Shown piece after piece: positions 13,701 to 26,849 of a DNA stretch of 64,000 bases (position 1 is its first letter; each line of letters begins with the position of its first letter). The stretch is taken from the NCBI GenBank assembly GCA_976551045.1, contig CDPCPM010000012.1, positions 19,840,001 through 19,904,000 of the forward strand. The letters are read 5' to 3'. This stretch comes from Glaucostegus cemiculus (Eukaryota). Made by a program: the position numbers and the translations under genes. The notes beneath the pieces were generated by a model, which did not search any database, was not told where the DNA came from, and saw only the letters and a program-made list of their open reading frames with translations.

Positions 13701-14889
13701 ATCATCACCAATGACATTGTTGAATGGCAAGAAAGCGTCCTGAGGATCAAAGGTCTAATCCTTATGTTTTTACACTTTCCCCATAGGCCAGTATCATTTT
13801 ACTCCCACTGTCCTACTCTTTCCCCTTTACACAGCATCAATACCAATGCTTCCCTCCCCCATAGGTCTGATCAATCCAATCCCACGGCTGACCTATCAAG
13901 TATTCCCAGCATTTTCTCTTTTTATTTAAGTACTATCAGGCCCTTTTGTCCCCTGCCAAAGCTAGCACTCTTCTGGGACCATCCTGGAATGAAAAATCTT
14001 TGGTCCAACAAGCACAGAGAGCTCTTTCACTAAAAATTGAGACCATCCCTCCTGCTGTATGTTCCCTTCCTTCCTCTGGTCCACACAGCCAAACTTTGCA
14101 ATGGTCTCTACTGCAATTGGGATAACCACAACATTAAATCTGCCACTCATTGCTGGGTTATATGGAAAAGGCTAGGGACATGAAGCATCAGGGTGAAGAA
14201 CAGCTACCCGCACTGCAAAAATATACATCATTATAGCTATTACAGCATTTGTCATGTGCCTTGATTAAGCTGGAAAGGTTCTTCATGCAAGGCTCTGATG
14301 AAGGCTCTTTGACATGAAATACTGATCTCTTTCCACAGCTTGAATTCTTCCAACATTAGTTTTTGTTTCAGATTTCAGCATCTGTAGTTTTCCATTATTG
14401 TTGAATTCACTGTGACTTCTCTTCCATGTATTGCCTACTTTGAAGAAGCTCTCCTCCTCTCAGCAAGGGGACTTCCGTCAGTCTATTTCACACTGTTCAT
14501 CCCCAGTGGTTTCTGTTTCCCTTCTCATCATTGAGAAGGTTCTGACCGAAACTCTCTGCCACAGCCAGATATTTTCCCCTTAGTGAATGTCACTAGCTCA
14601 TCACATGCAGATTTCAACTCCAATTTCACCCTCATAATTCAGACACACCCAAGATCAGCGGTCAGAGCTGCACAACATGGAAACAGGCCCTTCGGCCCAA
14701 CTTAGCCATGCTGACTAAGGTATCTATCCAAGCTAGTCCAATTTACCTGCATTTGGTCCACAGCCCTCTAAACCTTTTCTATCCATGTACCTGTCCAAGT
14801 GTCTTTTGAACATTGTAACTGTACCTGCCTCTACAGCTTCCTCTGGCAGCTCATTCTATATACCCACTACCCTTTGTGTGATAAAGGGT

Positions 14890-15405
14890 ATTGTTTTATT
14901 ATTGTCACTGGTATCGAGGTACAGTGAATAGCTTGTCTTACAAACCGATCATACAGGTCAATTCATTACACAGTGCAGTTACATGGAGTCAGTATAGAGT
15001 GTATTGATGTAGTACAGGTAAAAACAATAACAGTACAGAGTAAAGTGTCACAGCTACAGAGAAAGTGCAGTGCTATAAGGTGCGAGGTCACAACAAGGTA
15101 AATCGTGGGTTCATAGTCCATCTCACTGTGTAAGGGAACAGTTCAATAGTCTTATCACAGCGGGGTAGAAGCTGTCCTTAGGTCTGGTGGTACGCGCCCT
15201 CAGGCTCCTGTATCTTCTACAGGATGGAAGAGGAGAGAAGAGAGAATGACCTGGGTGGGTGGGGTCTTTGATCATGCTGCCTGCTACATCAAGACAGTGA
15301 GAGGTAGAGACAGAGTCCAAGGAGGGGAGGCTGGTGTCCATGATGCGCTGGGCTGTGTCCACAACTCTCTGCAGTTTCTTGTGGTCCTGGGCAGAGCAGT
15401 TGCTG
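14890..15405 (-). mobile_element. L2/Rex-type LINE 3' end nested inside a CR1 fragment (~14660-15720)
   Basis: ORF 15123-15362 TAQRI..IKDPTHPGHSLFSPLPS.RRYRSLRARTTR.KDSFYPAVIRLLN, characteristic of this LINE C-terminus; CR1 minus-strand sequence flanks both sides. Confidence 0.8.
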
Positions 15406-15989
15406 TACTCTCAGTCCCACTTAAACCTTTCCCTTCTTACCTTAAACCTATACCCTCTAGTTTTTGACTCCTCTACCCTGGGGATAAAAGATTGTGATCG
15501 TCCACCTTACGTATGCCCCTCATGAATTTATAAACCTCTATAAGGTCACCCCACAGCCTCCTATGCTCCAGGGGAAAAAAGCCCCAGCCTCTCCTTATAA
15601 CCCTCCAGTCCCGGCAACATCCTTGTGAATCTTTTCTGCTCTTTCCAGGTTATCAACATCTTTCCAATAGCTGAGTGACCAGAACTGCACACAATGCTCC
15701 AAGTGTGGTCTCAAACTATGCAGTGTTTCATGAGGCAGCATTCTAACCACATCCAGAGATTTACACTCAATGTCATTCACTGGCACATGCATGCTCTTAA
15801 CTTCTCTACAATACCAACTTACTCATTCTCAGAGCTGCCAGTGCTACTTTACTCTTCACTACATCTGTTGCTGTAACAAGCAAGTTCTTTCATCTCTTTC
15901 TGATGTAAAAGATCACCAACTCACACAGCTCTCAACTTCTAATACCCTCCAAGCTTTCTCCCCGTTCACTTTCCTGACTCCATATCACC

Positions 15990-16620
15990 TCAAGCTCCAA
16001 ACCCTAACCTAGTTTTCACCATCCCTTCCGATCTCCCCTCTCTGACTCAAAGTGATCAGTTCTCCACAGAGGCCTTGACTTTGTATCGCTCAATGAATTC
16101 CCAGCCCGTTGTGATGTTAAACTCTTCTTCCACCACCTCTATGCCCATTTCTTTAGCCAGAATCCACATCCTAGACCAATGACCGTTTCTCCCATCTAAA
16201 GTATTCCTGACATGGCTGGAACCTACCCCACCTCTGGCCTCTTACCATCCCTTGTTCTATTCATCGTGAAGTACCGATGTGACATTGACCAACAGCGCCC
16301 GCTTCTCCCTTCTACCCTACTCTCACATTTATGTGGTCCACCTCCAACGCTTCCCTTCCTGGATCTCTTCATCTCCACCTCAGATGACGAGCTACCAACA
16401 TCTTTTACAACCACAGATTCCCACAGCTACCTTGACCATACATCCTCTCACTCTGCCTCCTGAAAGGACACTGTTCCTTTATTACCGCACCACCCCCCCA
16501 CCCTCAGTTTCTTTGTGAGAAGATAAAAACAATTCTGATAAATGTTAACTGGTTTCTCTTTCCACAGATGCTGCTTGACTGATAGAATTCTTTGAGCATT
16601 TCTGTTTTGTTTCAAACATC
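15990..16620 (+). mobile_element. Penelope-like element fragment
   Basis: ORF 16212-16463 LPFLDLFI..TDSHSYLDHTSSH resembles the PLE RT C-terminal region; followed by the TTTCCACAGATGCTGC terminal-repeat motif. Confidence 0.65.
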
Positions 16621-17133
16621 TACAAATTTGTTTTCCCAAACTTCTATGGTTCCCCAAACCCAGTTTCAAACAGCTCTTTCACCTTGGTTTCCTACATTCT
16701 TCTCTGTAATATATTGCACATCTAGAACCCCAGCTCATCAGCTGATGAAACATTTATCCGCATCTTATTATCCCATGGGCTCAGCTATTTCTATTGTTAG
16801 TCTCCCAACCTCATCCCTACAAACCTCAGCTCTGCTTCCCATATCCTAACACACACCATCCAGTCCATTAGTCCTCTGCTTGTTGATGTATATTACCCAC
16901 TGGCATGGCAAGATTTTTGCTTTCAACACATTTTCATTCCTGTCTTTACCTCCAACTTCCTCCAGCCTTTTCTGATCCTATGTACCACATTCTCCATTTT
17001 AATTTTCCCATCAGTGGTGCCCGTACCTTCAGCTATTTAAGCTTTTCACTCACAAATTTCCTCCCTTAATCCCTGTTGCATCTCTCTCATAATTAAAACT
17101 GACTATGCCTTTGGGAAAGGGTAGAACTGCGTC

Positions 17134-17157
17134 GGGGGGGGGGGGGGGGGGGGGGGG
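17134..17157 (+). repeat. Poly-G run (24 nt)
   Basis: Direct read. Confidence 0.9.
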
Positions 17158-17274
17158 AAAGAGGGAGAAATGGGACAGGGTATTTGTCCTTTATCTCCTT
17201 GCATGGCTCAGTATTAAATTTTGTCTGATCATACCTTGTGAAGTCCCTAGATGCTTACCCATATACAAAATTGA

Positions 17275-17945
17275 CTTTGTATAAAAAGGAATTGACCACA
17301 CATCAGTCCTCATTGAGGTGTTAGCAGTGGAAAAGGTGAGCAACTTCAAGTTCATGGGTGTCAACATCTAGGAGGATCTATCCTAGGCCCAACATGTTGA
17401 TACAATCATGAAGAAGGGATGCCAGTGGCTCTACTTAATTAGGAGTTTGAGGAGATTTAGTATGTCAAAGGCTCTGACAAATTTCTATAGATACATGGTG
17501 GAAAGCATTCTGACTGGTTGCATTAAAGACTAGTATGAAGGTTCCAATGGACAGGACTGCAAGAGACTGCAGAGGGTCGTAGATTCAACCAGCTCCATCA
17601 CGGGTACAACACTCCTCATCATCAAGGACATCTTCAAGAGATGGTGTCTCGAGAAGGCAGATTCTATCATTAAGGACCCTCACCATCCGAGACATGCCCC
17701 CTTCTTGTTACTGCCATTGGGGAGGTGGTACAGGAGCCTGAAGACCTACACTTAATGACGTAGGAACAGCTTCTTCCCCTCCACCATCAAATTTCTGAAT
17801 GGTCCATGAACACTACTTCAATATTCATTGTTTTGCACTCTTTATTCTGTAATTAATAGTAATTTTTTGTGTCTTTGCACTGTACTACTGCAGCAAAACA
17901 ACAAATTTCAATAATGTGTCAGTGATGATAAACTCAGTTCTGACA
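17275..17945 (+). mobile_element. L2/Rex-type LINE 3' fragment
   Basis: GAAAGCATTCTGACTGGTTGCAT.. and AAGGACCCTCACCATCC.. motifs; same family as 29140-29590. Confidence 0.75.
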
Positions 17946-18090
17946 AAAATTATGGTTGTTGATATAGAAAAGCACTAAAATCAAAATCACTTTCTCCAAT
18001 GCTGATACCAGCCACCTTGATGAATGCTAAATAAAAGAAACTCACTTAGCCAGATTTTCAGCACTCGTCTCAGTTGGCAAGAGAACTTAC

Positions 18091-18236
18091 CTCAAACCCA
18101 TCCTCACCAGTGTAGCCACAACGGGTCACTCTGCAGTCTTTGACCCCAAACACAGTCATCACTGCACTCCACATGAAGGGCAGCTTGTTGAGGTCATCGG
18201 ACACACCCTCCTGTAATACCCTTGCTGCAGATGGAC
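18091..18236 (-). CDS. AMT: AMT exon 6
   Basis: cag|GTCCATCT..TTTGAG|gtaagt; [49 protein letters not shown]; 146 nt. Confidence 0.97.
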
Positions 18237-18451
18237 CTGGGTGGGGTAAATAAAAGGTCCACGTTACCCAGAGTGTTCCAGCACACTCTGCAATGGGAAG
18301 AAAAAGAGATTGGTTTTGGTTCAGCACAGCAAGATCCCCATCAAAGATGATGGGACAGGAACAAATACTGGGGTCCTTGAGGTGCCAATGCATCTTGGTT
18401 TGGTCAATTGCATGCATGGGAAGAGGCAACTTCCAGCCATGGAGAGCAAGA

Positions 18452-18705
18452 CAGCGTAGCGGTTAGCGCGACGCTGTTACAGCGCCAGCAATCGGGGTTC
18501 GATTCCCATCGCTGTCTGTAAGGAGTTTGTACGTTCTCCCGTGTCTGCGTGGGTTTCCTCCGGGTGCTCTGGTTTCCTCCCACATTCAGAAAGACGTACG
18601 TGTAGGTTAATTTGGGGATTTAAAATGGGCGGCGCAAACTTGTTGGGCCGAAAGGGCCTGTTACCGCGCTGTAAATAAAATTTAAAAAATTTAAAAAAAA
18701 ATTTA
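18452..18705 (+). mobile_element. Young tRNA-derived SINE
   Basis: Same family as 9562-9803 in the opposite orientation; AAATTTAAAAA tail. Confidence 0.9.
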
Positions 18706-18729
18706 AGATGCTGGCCAATTAGGGTTGAA

Positions 18730-19170
18730 GAAAGACTTAAACAGCTATTGATAACCTGCTCACCTCTGACCAGAGGGTTATGGGTTAAAGTGCCAATTCC
18801 AGAGTCCTGAATGTATAATTGTAGCTAATACTTCAGTGCATTGGTATAGCATTCCCTCACTGTTTGGAGGTGTTAGCTTTTAGATGAGAACTCAACCCAA
18901 GGTCACGTCTGTCCTTCTGTGCAGCCAAAGGAAAAAAAATCCCACAGCATTACTTAAGAGACACAAGAGACTGCAGCATAGACATGCCAATATCAAGTCT
19001 TCATTTGACATCTCCAAAGCAGGCTTTGTGGATAACACTTGTCTGTGGTGTTAAAATTATTTACCACATTCCCTCCATTCCAACAGTGACAGCACTTCAA
19101 ATTCATTGGCTGTAAACATTGTGGGATATGCCAAGCTTGTGAAAGGCTCCATTTAATTGCAGATCCTTTC
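18730..19170 (+). mobile_element. Ancient DeuSINE (SacSINE1/AmnSINE1-like), decayed
   Basis: CAACAGTGAC..CACTTCAAA..TTCATTGGCTGTAAA..TGTGAAAGGC tail and Deu-domain-like core, recognised from recalled consensus. Confidence 0.5.
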
Positions 19171-20661
19171 TGTTGGGTTACTCTGTACACCAATTCCTTA
19201 ATAAATCATTAGTAATGTTCAATGGAGTTGCTGAACATTTCTAATGGAATTTGTCTCACAAACGACACTGGAAGAAAAGCTGGATTGTGTTTGGATGAGG
19301 TGGGGTGGGAGCTGGATGGTATTCCTCACTCATGTATATTAGAATGGGTTCTCTGGAAAGGCAAAGTATTTCACTTGCAGCAATACCAGGCACTTTTTAA
19401 ATTCTATATTCTGATCCAAAAGATTTTCATGATGAGGGCAAGTCAGATGCTGTTGCAATGTCATTTACACTGCACTTGTAGGACTCAGACCCAACAGAAG
19501 CTGTTGTTTGGAAACGTTGAGCTCCTGTTCAATGAGAACTACCCTACACAGGACAGAGCAATGTCTCCTAGATGTTTGTGGTTTATGAACACGGGGAGTG
19601 TAGTTGATCAAAGATCTTCACTGCCAAACTCTCAAGTCAAGGCCACCAAGCCAAGATTCACACACTACACAGTTTGAAAACCAGGTTTTACAACACATTA
19701 TAATTAGATTGATTTTAAAAGGAAACATTGCAAAAGCAGGCTGCCAGTGTTGGACTATGCAAGGTCAGTCCCAACTCTGCACTTATACTGCCGGTTTCAT
19801 TATTGGTACAGAGCTGATTTTAAAGAACTGAGATCCCTCTGGCAGGGTTTACCTTTGCAAGATTGGGTCCCTACTCTATTTGTACAGCTCATTTTAGCAC
19901 TCCACAGAGCTGACAATCTTTGCACTGTTGCTAAGATTGCAGGTGTAAATGGACACAGAAGCCCAGAGAAAGAATCAGGATACAGTTCAACTGGCTTCCC
20001 CTCCCACCACCCCCCACCTCCCCAATGTTTACTTATATGTTTCCAGGAATGTTTCTGGGTGAGGTGTTAAAACCAAGGCTCCATCTGCCTTCTTGGACAT
20101 ACACAAATATCCCAAATCACTATTTCCAAGAACAGGAAATCATTGTGTGTTGAGGCTATCAATCCAAAATGCTTACTTCCATTCTCTCTATAAATGCTGT
20201 CTGAGAGGCTGTACATCTTAAGAACTTACAGTTGTAATTTCATGTTTGCACATGTGCAAAATTTTGCTTTGGTGTCAAAACTGACCATCTAGGCACTTTC
20301 TTCATTGCTGCTTATGGGCACACAATGGTTGCCACCTTTTCTACATTACAATTGTGATCACATTTTAGAAAGTGTTTAATTAGTTAAGAAGCATTCCAAA
20401 ACATCCTACATAAAACCACATTGTCTATTTATTTCTATATTATGAACAAAAACAAAATTCTGTGGCTCTCCTGCCAGCATCTGTGAATTAAATAATTGTG
20501 GCTGTCAAGAAATCTGAGAATGCCAAGAAATGAGAAATCTTAAAATGTTTGCATTTGTCTTCGTCAGTCAGCATTAAAGAGAAGCAGGAGCCAACACTTG
20601 GGATGGGAGCTTTTGTCAGACTATTAGTGATCATTCCGAGATGGCATTGAAATGCAGTCAC

Positions 20662-20740
20662 CTTGTAGCGCAATCAATCCTGCCTCCAGAAACTCTAGGT
20701 CAGCATCATTCCCCGCAGCTTTGAACTTGGCTAGTTGCTC
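20662..20740 (-). CDS. AMT: AMT exon 5 (missed by the ORF track)
   Basis: tag|GAGCAACTA..CTACAAG|gtgact; EQLAKFKAAGNDADLEFLEAGLIALQ(G); 79 nt, phase-compatible with exons 4 and 6. Confidence 0.93.
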
Positions 20741-20999
20741 CTAGGAAACAGAAGGAAGGTGATGAGCACAGGGCCACATGTCAGGGCAAGGACCCCTCAC
20801 CAACTGGCCCCAGTGGCGCTCTGGCAAAGTGACCTTGGACTGCACCAGGAAGGGGCAAGAGCATCTGTGAACATCTATAGACATTACTTGCAAGTCCTGT
20901 TCCCCTCTCCCAACCAGATTCCTTACTGCAAAACAGTGCTAAACTGATCCCTGACTGTGTGCTTCTATATTCGTGACATGTGCAATAAAACCGATGCAC

Positions 21000-21131
21000 C
21001 TTCATGTGGGCAGAGTCCTTGTCAGCACAGCCAGCATTCGAGACGATGTATAGGTATCCATCTGATGTCCGGGTCACTATCAGATCATCCATTATTCCAC
21101 CTTTGTCATTGGTGAAGAGTGACAGGGTGCC
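21000..21131 (-). CDS. AMT: AMT exon 4
   Basis: cag|GGCACC..ATGAAG|gtgcat; [44 protein letters not shown]; 132 nt. Confidence 0.97.
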
Positions 21132-22479
21132 CTGAATAACAAGCAGCAAAAGATTAGGTGAGAAGGATCTCAGACCCAGCATCCACTAAACGTAGCCAAT
21201 TGGGTGGAACGAAAGCATGCACGTGCACACACACAAAATGTGCTCACTCATGCCAAACTAGCTATTGAAATAGTATCAAACTAGCTACCAAACTAAACAA
21301 ACTATGCTTCCGAGTTCAAAACAGATGTTTACTGGATTCATGGTTTTTCCTTTCATGATGTCTGCATAGTTGGTATGTGGATCAACAAACAAAAAGCTAG
21401 AGTAAGGCAATATGTCAGGCAGCATCTGTGCTGGGAAATGGACAGTTAACATTTAGGATCGAGGTTTTTCATCTGGACAAAAAGATCCAGTTAGCCAGAT
21501 GAAGGGTCTTGACCCAAACATTGACTGGTTGGTATGTGAGATGGACTTTGGATATGCATAAGGTGCCTCATGGTTTTCATGAGAACCTATCTGACAAGAA
21601 TTGTTCTAATAATATTTCCATGTGTTGAATTTCACAGAAGAGAAGCTGGCCACAATTCAGCATCCAAGACAATGAATGTTACTGGGCTACTGGACTGTGG
21701 AAATTTCATACTGAAGTCCAATGTGACATTAGCAGGAACTGGAATACAAACCCAGACCAATTTTTCCTCTCCTGTGCCATTAGGTGCAACTCCATCCCAT
21801 CCTTGTAATGCACCAATTGAGACGAGCTAACCCAGCACAAGCCTCGGAGTAAATCTGAGACTTGGTCTACAATGCTCAGGTTGGTGACCGCCAAAAACAG
21901 GCAGCAGCAGGCAAGGTTTCTACATCAGATAACTCAACCCACACAGTCCAAAATAAAATGAAACAATTAACTCTTTATAAATGCAAGTACATTGCATCTG
22001 AATACAGCAGAGTTGGTTTCATTGGTGAATGACTGCATTATTATTCGATTAAGTAGGTATCCATTTCATGGATTTACTCTAGGCTTGTACCAGGTTAGCT
22101 CATGATGCTTCAGTTACTGGAGGCTTTCTAGCAAATGAATTGCAAACTAACATGCCGGAATTCTAATGGACATTTTCTCAAAATGTTGTTTAATTACTGG
22201 ATTCACAGTGAACTACAATTCTGAGGATAACAGCTATCCACCTGTTACCTCACCCATTCAGTCTAGACAGCAAGGGGTGTTAGGCAATTTAGTCGGAGCC
22301 AGATTACAACCAACCATATTTCTCCACGTTAATAAGTTTTGTTGGAAAGCACCATGTTAAGTAATACTCATGAGCAAAAACCCAGACTGATGTCTTCCCA
22401 CCCTGGCCTTGAACCAACCTGATATTAGCCTTGGTCAGATCAACTACAACACAGACCAGGGCTCAAACATCACTCGAGC

Positions 22480-22845
22480 TGAGGTTCAGGCTGACACTAT
22501 ACTGCAGGACTGAAGGACTACACCACTGTCAGAGATGTAATGATTCACACTAGATCGTAAATTGAGGTGTTGTTAGCTCTTTCAGGTGGATGTAAAAGAT
22601 CCCATCAGATTACTTGAAGAATGGGGGAATTCTCCTCAGGGGTCCAACCAACATGTATAGTTCAACCGAACATCACTAAAAACAGATTATCTGTCATAAT
22701 CATTCATGTTAGTGGGTCCTTGCTGCATGCAAATTGGCTGTTGCATTTCCTACGTTGCACTGCTGACCACACTTAAAAAGTGGTGTTTGACTAAGATGCT
22801 TTGGGGTGTCCAGAAGTTGCAAAAACCACTTGAACACAAGTACTT
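22480..22845 (+). mobile_element. Ancient DeuSINE (SacSINE1/AmnSINE1-like)
   Basis: TCAGGTGGATGTAAAAGATCCC..CATCACTAAAAACAGATTATCTG..CAAATTGGCTG..TTTCCTAC matches the Deu-domain SINE consensus as recalled. Confidence 0.7.
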
Positions 22846-23018
22846 ACTCTAACTGGAAAAATCCAATGAGAGAAACTATAATTATTCTCAACCAGATTAA
22901 TGCTGACAAAATAACACCAAATTAGAGAATCTAGTTTAATTTAGCTCAGCACTGGCTTGAAAGAGGGATGCAGATTACCAATGAAAATATGCTTTCTATG
23001 AGAGGAAACTGCCTTTAC

Positions 23019-23099
23019 CTGGTTGTCCTTAAGCTCAGCAATGTCCCCAACTATCAAACTCTCCATGAACTTCACTCGATCCTTCCCAGTCACCTTGCT
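23019..23099 (-). CDS. AMT: AMT exon 3
   Basis: cag|AGCAAG..AACCAG|gtaaag; SKVTGKDRVKFMESLIVGDIAELKDNQ; 81 nt. Confidence 0.96.
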
Positions 23100-24264
23100 C
23101 TGAAACACAGCACGCATGTACAGCAGATGCAAAAAGCCTTCAAGTATGTCAGTTATAATACAAAGTTATATTCTTATGATGCCCCCAGAACACTGTGCAA
23201 AAAGATGTACATCATAACACAGTGAAATGCATGTGACTAATAAAGAAATCTTATCTTACACAGGTGAGAAAAAAGGTGAACGTTATTTTCCAAAGTACCT
23301 TCACCTTTGTCCTTTCCCTGGGACCGAGGAAGCAAATAAAATTTAAGTACATAACAGGAAAAATGTTATTGCGTGGTTATTTATTTACTTAAATGAGGAT
23401 GCAGGTTTGACCCCCACAAAAGAAAAATTATGCATCAGTCCTCCATAATCCCCAAAGTAATCAAATCTCTACTCTTATCTCCGCTAGCCTATAGTCCTTG
23501 GGATGAGCATTCCACCCAAGCCCATGGTTACCCTCCTGAAGTACATGACTATCTCAGTGTAAACTTGCCCCTGTAATTTACTATGAAAGCAAACATCAAT
23601 CACTAATATTCTTTTAAAAATACCTTAGGTATTTTATAACAAAAGCATTGGGTAAAGATAAATTATTACAGGTGCTGCTGGAGGTTTCTTTCACATTCCT
23701 TAAGGAAAATTCCAGAGTTTCCCAAGTTCATTCTGCTTTTATTCTCTCTTCTAAACCTGATAATCTGAGAGGTGCTCATCAATTCTTCCCAGAAATGCAC
23801 CCTGATTACCGATTCCACTGATGAGTTTTATTGCTAATTGTAAAACTTTACTGAATGGTCACAAATTCCGCTCCTTCTCCATGTTTTATTAATAGGACAT
23901 ATTTTTCATGTTTTGGTAAACTATTTGCATTCCATCCAACAAAACCACAACCTAGCCACTATTCTTTAAGATTGTTTCTGGAACTGGGTCCAAAACGTCC
24001 TCACTACCTCAACTGAAAGTTGGAAATCTGAAATAAAAATGGAAACTGCTGGAAACACAGAAGATCAGGCAGCATCTGTGGAAAGAGAAACCATTCACCC
24101 TCTGGTTTCAGTTGCTTGTTACTTTAATTATCAATCTCCCTCCGAGTTATTTAACTGTGGAATTCTGTTCTATTCCCACAAGGCCCATAACGAAGAGCAA
24201 CACTCATTCCCCGCTGGTCGTGTCACAGCCTTCAGGACTTGATAAAAAATTCAACAATGTATAG

Positions 24265-24890
24265 AACTTGGAGCAGCACAGGAACAGACCCCTCAGCCCA
24301 CTATGTCTGTGTTGACCAGGGTAGCATCTTAAATTGCACCTCTGCCTGCACATGGTCTATATCCCTCCACTCCCTGCCTGTTCATTTATCTGTTTAAATC
24401 CCTCTTAAATATTGCTATCCTATCTGCTTCCACCACTTCTCCTGATGGCATGTTCCAGGCACTTACCAGTCTGCATGTACAAAAAAACTTGCACGTAAAT
24501 CTTTAAAATTTCTTCCTCTCACATTAAACCTATGCCCTCTGGTATTTGATATCTCCACCTTGGAGAAAAGATTCTATCTACGCCTCTCAACATTTTAGAA
24601 AAATCTATCAGATCACCCTTCAGCCTCCATCAGACCAGAGAAAACAATCCAAATTTGTCCAAACTTTCCTTACAACTAATACTCTCTAATCCAGGAAACA
24701 TCCTGGTGAAGATCTTCTGCACCCTCTCCAAAGCCTCCACATCCTTCCTGTAAAGTGGCGACCAGAACCACACACAATATTCTAAATGTGGCTGAACCAA
24801 GTTTTACATAGTTGCAATGTGACTTCCCGACTTTTGTACTCAACACCCTGACCAATGAAGGCAAGCACACTGTACACCTTCTTTACCAGC
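24265..24890 (-). mobile_element. CR1 LINE 3' fragment
   Basis: Reverse complement of CR1 ORF2 end and 3' UTR (CACCCTCTCCAAAGCCTCCACATCCTTCC). Confidence 0.75.
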
Positions 24891-25166
24891 TTATGGTACT
24901 TCACTTCTTCTGTTTGTATCAGAACTGGCCAGCTCTGTTAAGGTTAGTCATCTGCAATATTAACCCAGTCTCTTCTTTCTCCATGAACGTTACCTGACGT
25001 GCCGAGTGTTTCCAAAATTTATTGAGTTTATTCCTCACTACCTTGTTTGTCACCCTGTCCATAGAGCTCAGCTTCATCAATAAATCTAGCAAGCTCTGAA
25101 TCAATGGCACAATGTAGTAGGGAGCTCCTTGATACACAAGGTATGACACCCAAATTCAGGTCTTAC

Positions 25167-25334
25167 CTGCAGCATGTGAGAAACATCAAATAATGAGCAG
25201 TGTTGGCGGGTATGCAAGTGTGAGCTAATGTGACTGTCCTTGTACTGCACGGGCATATTCCAGCCTGCAAAATCCACCATCCGGCCCCCTTCATTTCGAT
25301 GGAATTCATACAATGCCGTCTTCTTGAGAGATTC
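25167..25334 (-). CDS. AMT: AMT exon 2
   Basis: cag|GAATCT..CTGCAG|gtaaga; [56 protein letters not shown]; 168 nt. Confidence 0.97.
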
Positions 25335-26849
25335 CTGAGTGAAGAGACACGAAGAGATTCATACAGGGAAGCTTGAAAATGTTGTTATTGATAAATCAGT
25401 GTTGCTTTCCCCTCTCCCCACTAAGAATCACAATACCAGTCTCTTGTTCTTGGTGAATAGCTTTCTCATTCATACTCTCCCTCTGCAAGATGAATACAAT
25501 TGTCCTTTTATAAGTGCTAGGATTGGGACCCAAGAGAGAGAAATATAAGATTCACTAAGATGAGGAATAATATATTTGTTTAACATCATCCTAATCTTTT
25601 TTTAATATAATTTCACGTTAGGAATGGAATCAAGGTGCGGACATCAAGGAGAAAGAAGTCTGACAGATAGAAGCAACTTCTACATTGTCTCTAGCCTCTG
25701 TAACTGCGCAGAGCCTAGAACTAATAACTGCATAAAGTATAACTACATTGTTAGATATCTCATCTCTTAAAAATTCTTTCCTTCGTTAATGTGAATGATG
25801 AGGGAGAAACAGCATCTAACTGCAGGAAAGGGTAGTGGATTCAAATTCATCCATAACTTTCTAGAGATGAATTGGTAATTACTTCAAAGGGGAAAGATTT
25901 CAGTTCAATTAAGTACAGCAGAATAGGAGTATTTGGATGGTCCTTTCAAAGAGTCAGCAAGGGAACAATGGGCCAAATATCTTCATTCTGTGCTGCAAAT
26001 TCTATGGGTTTAATGAGTGAAAGATTCATATAAAGCAACACACAAATATCTCTCTACAAAGGCATTCTGACTTTGTGTAGACAATGTCTGGGCTTTCCAA
26101 GACCTGCCAAGGTGCTAATACTGTGCAGTGGACATGGAACAAGAGTGCAGTTCATCTCAAGAATATCCATTCCAATTATTTTAACAATGACTGTAAACTC
26201 ACATAATAACCATGCAGAAGAGAGAATGGAATCTCTTAAGATCTTCAATCCCTCACACAGAACTCCCAATCCCAAAGGAACTCCTCTAATTTCTTCCCAA
26301 CACTAAAACTCCACAGTGAAGCGTGGCCACGTTCATCAGCTTCCATTGAGAGCTTATGAATAAAGTGACCCTGTCATTGACAAATTACAAAAATAATCCT
26401 GTCTTTTAATAAATAAAAGTATTCCTCAATGATTAAAAAGTGCTGAGTTTGGTAACTAATCTCCTTCATAAACAGACTGTTGTTAAACTGGCTCAGCACT
26501 TTATTACCTGATAACCAGATCTCTTTACAACACTGCATTAACTGAAGGATGTAAACTGTAACCAATTTAGAATTGTGGGCAGTACTCCAGGCTCCAAAGG
26601 TCATGGCTTGTCCCATTCCAGCGATACAAGCACAGAATCTAGAATGAAATTTCAGGGCACCTGCTGAGGGAGATAGTAAGCTGAAGGTATCTGCCCCATA
26701 TTTTTAGAACTCCAACAGAGTTTTACCTTGGGCCCTGGTAACCAGTTTTCCAGATCTACCATCAGAAACACATTACATAATCATTCTCATGTTTATGTTC
26801 CAGTGAATGGGCTGCCAAATTTCCAACATTTACACCTAATTATTCATTG

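Noticed and set aside
18452-18520. tRNA-like sequence (also 9740-9803 and 3420-3480)
   Set aside because: SINE heads continuing into SINE bodies; no complete cloverleaf.
19222-19677. 151-aa plus-strand ORF in AMT intron 5
   Set aside because: No recognisable domain or exon structure; may be a decayed LINE remnant but I cannot support a call.
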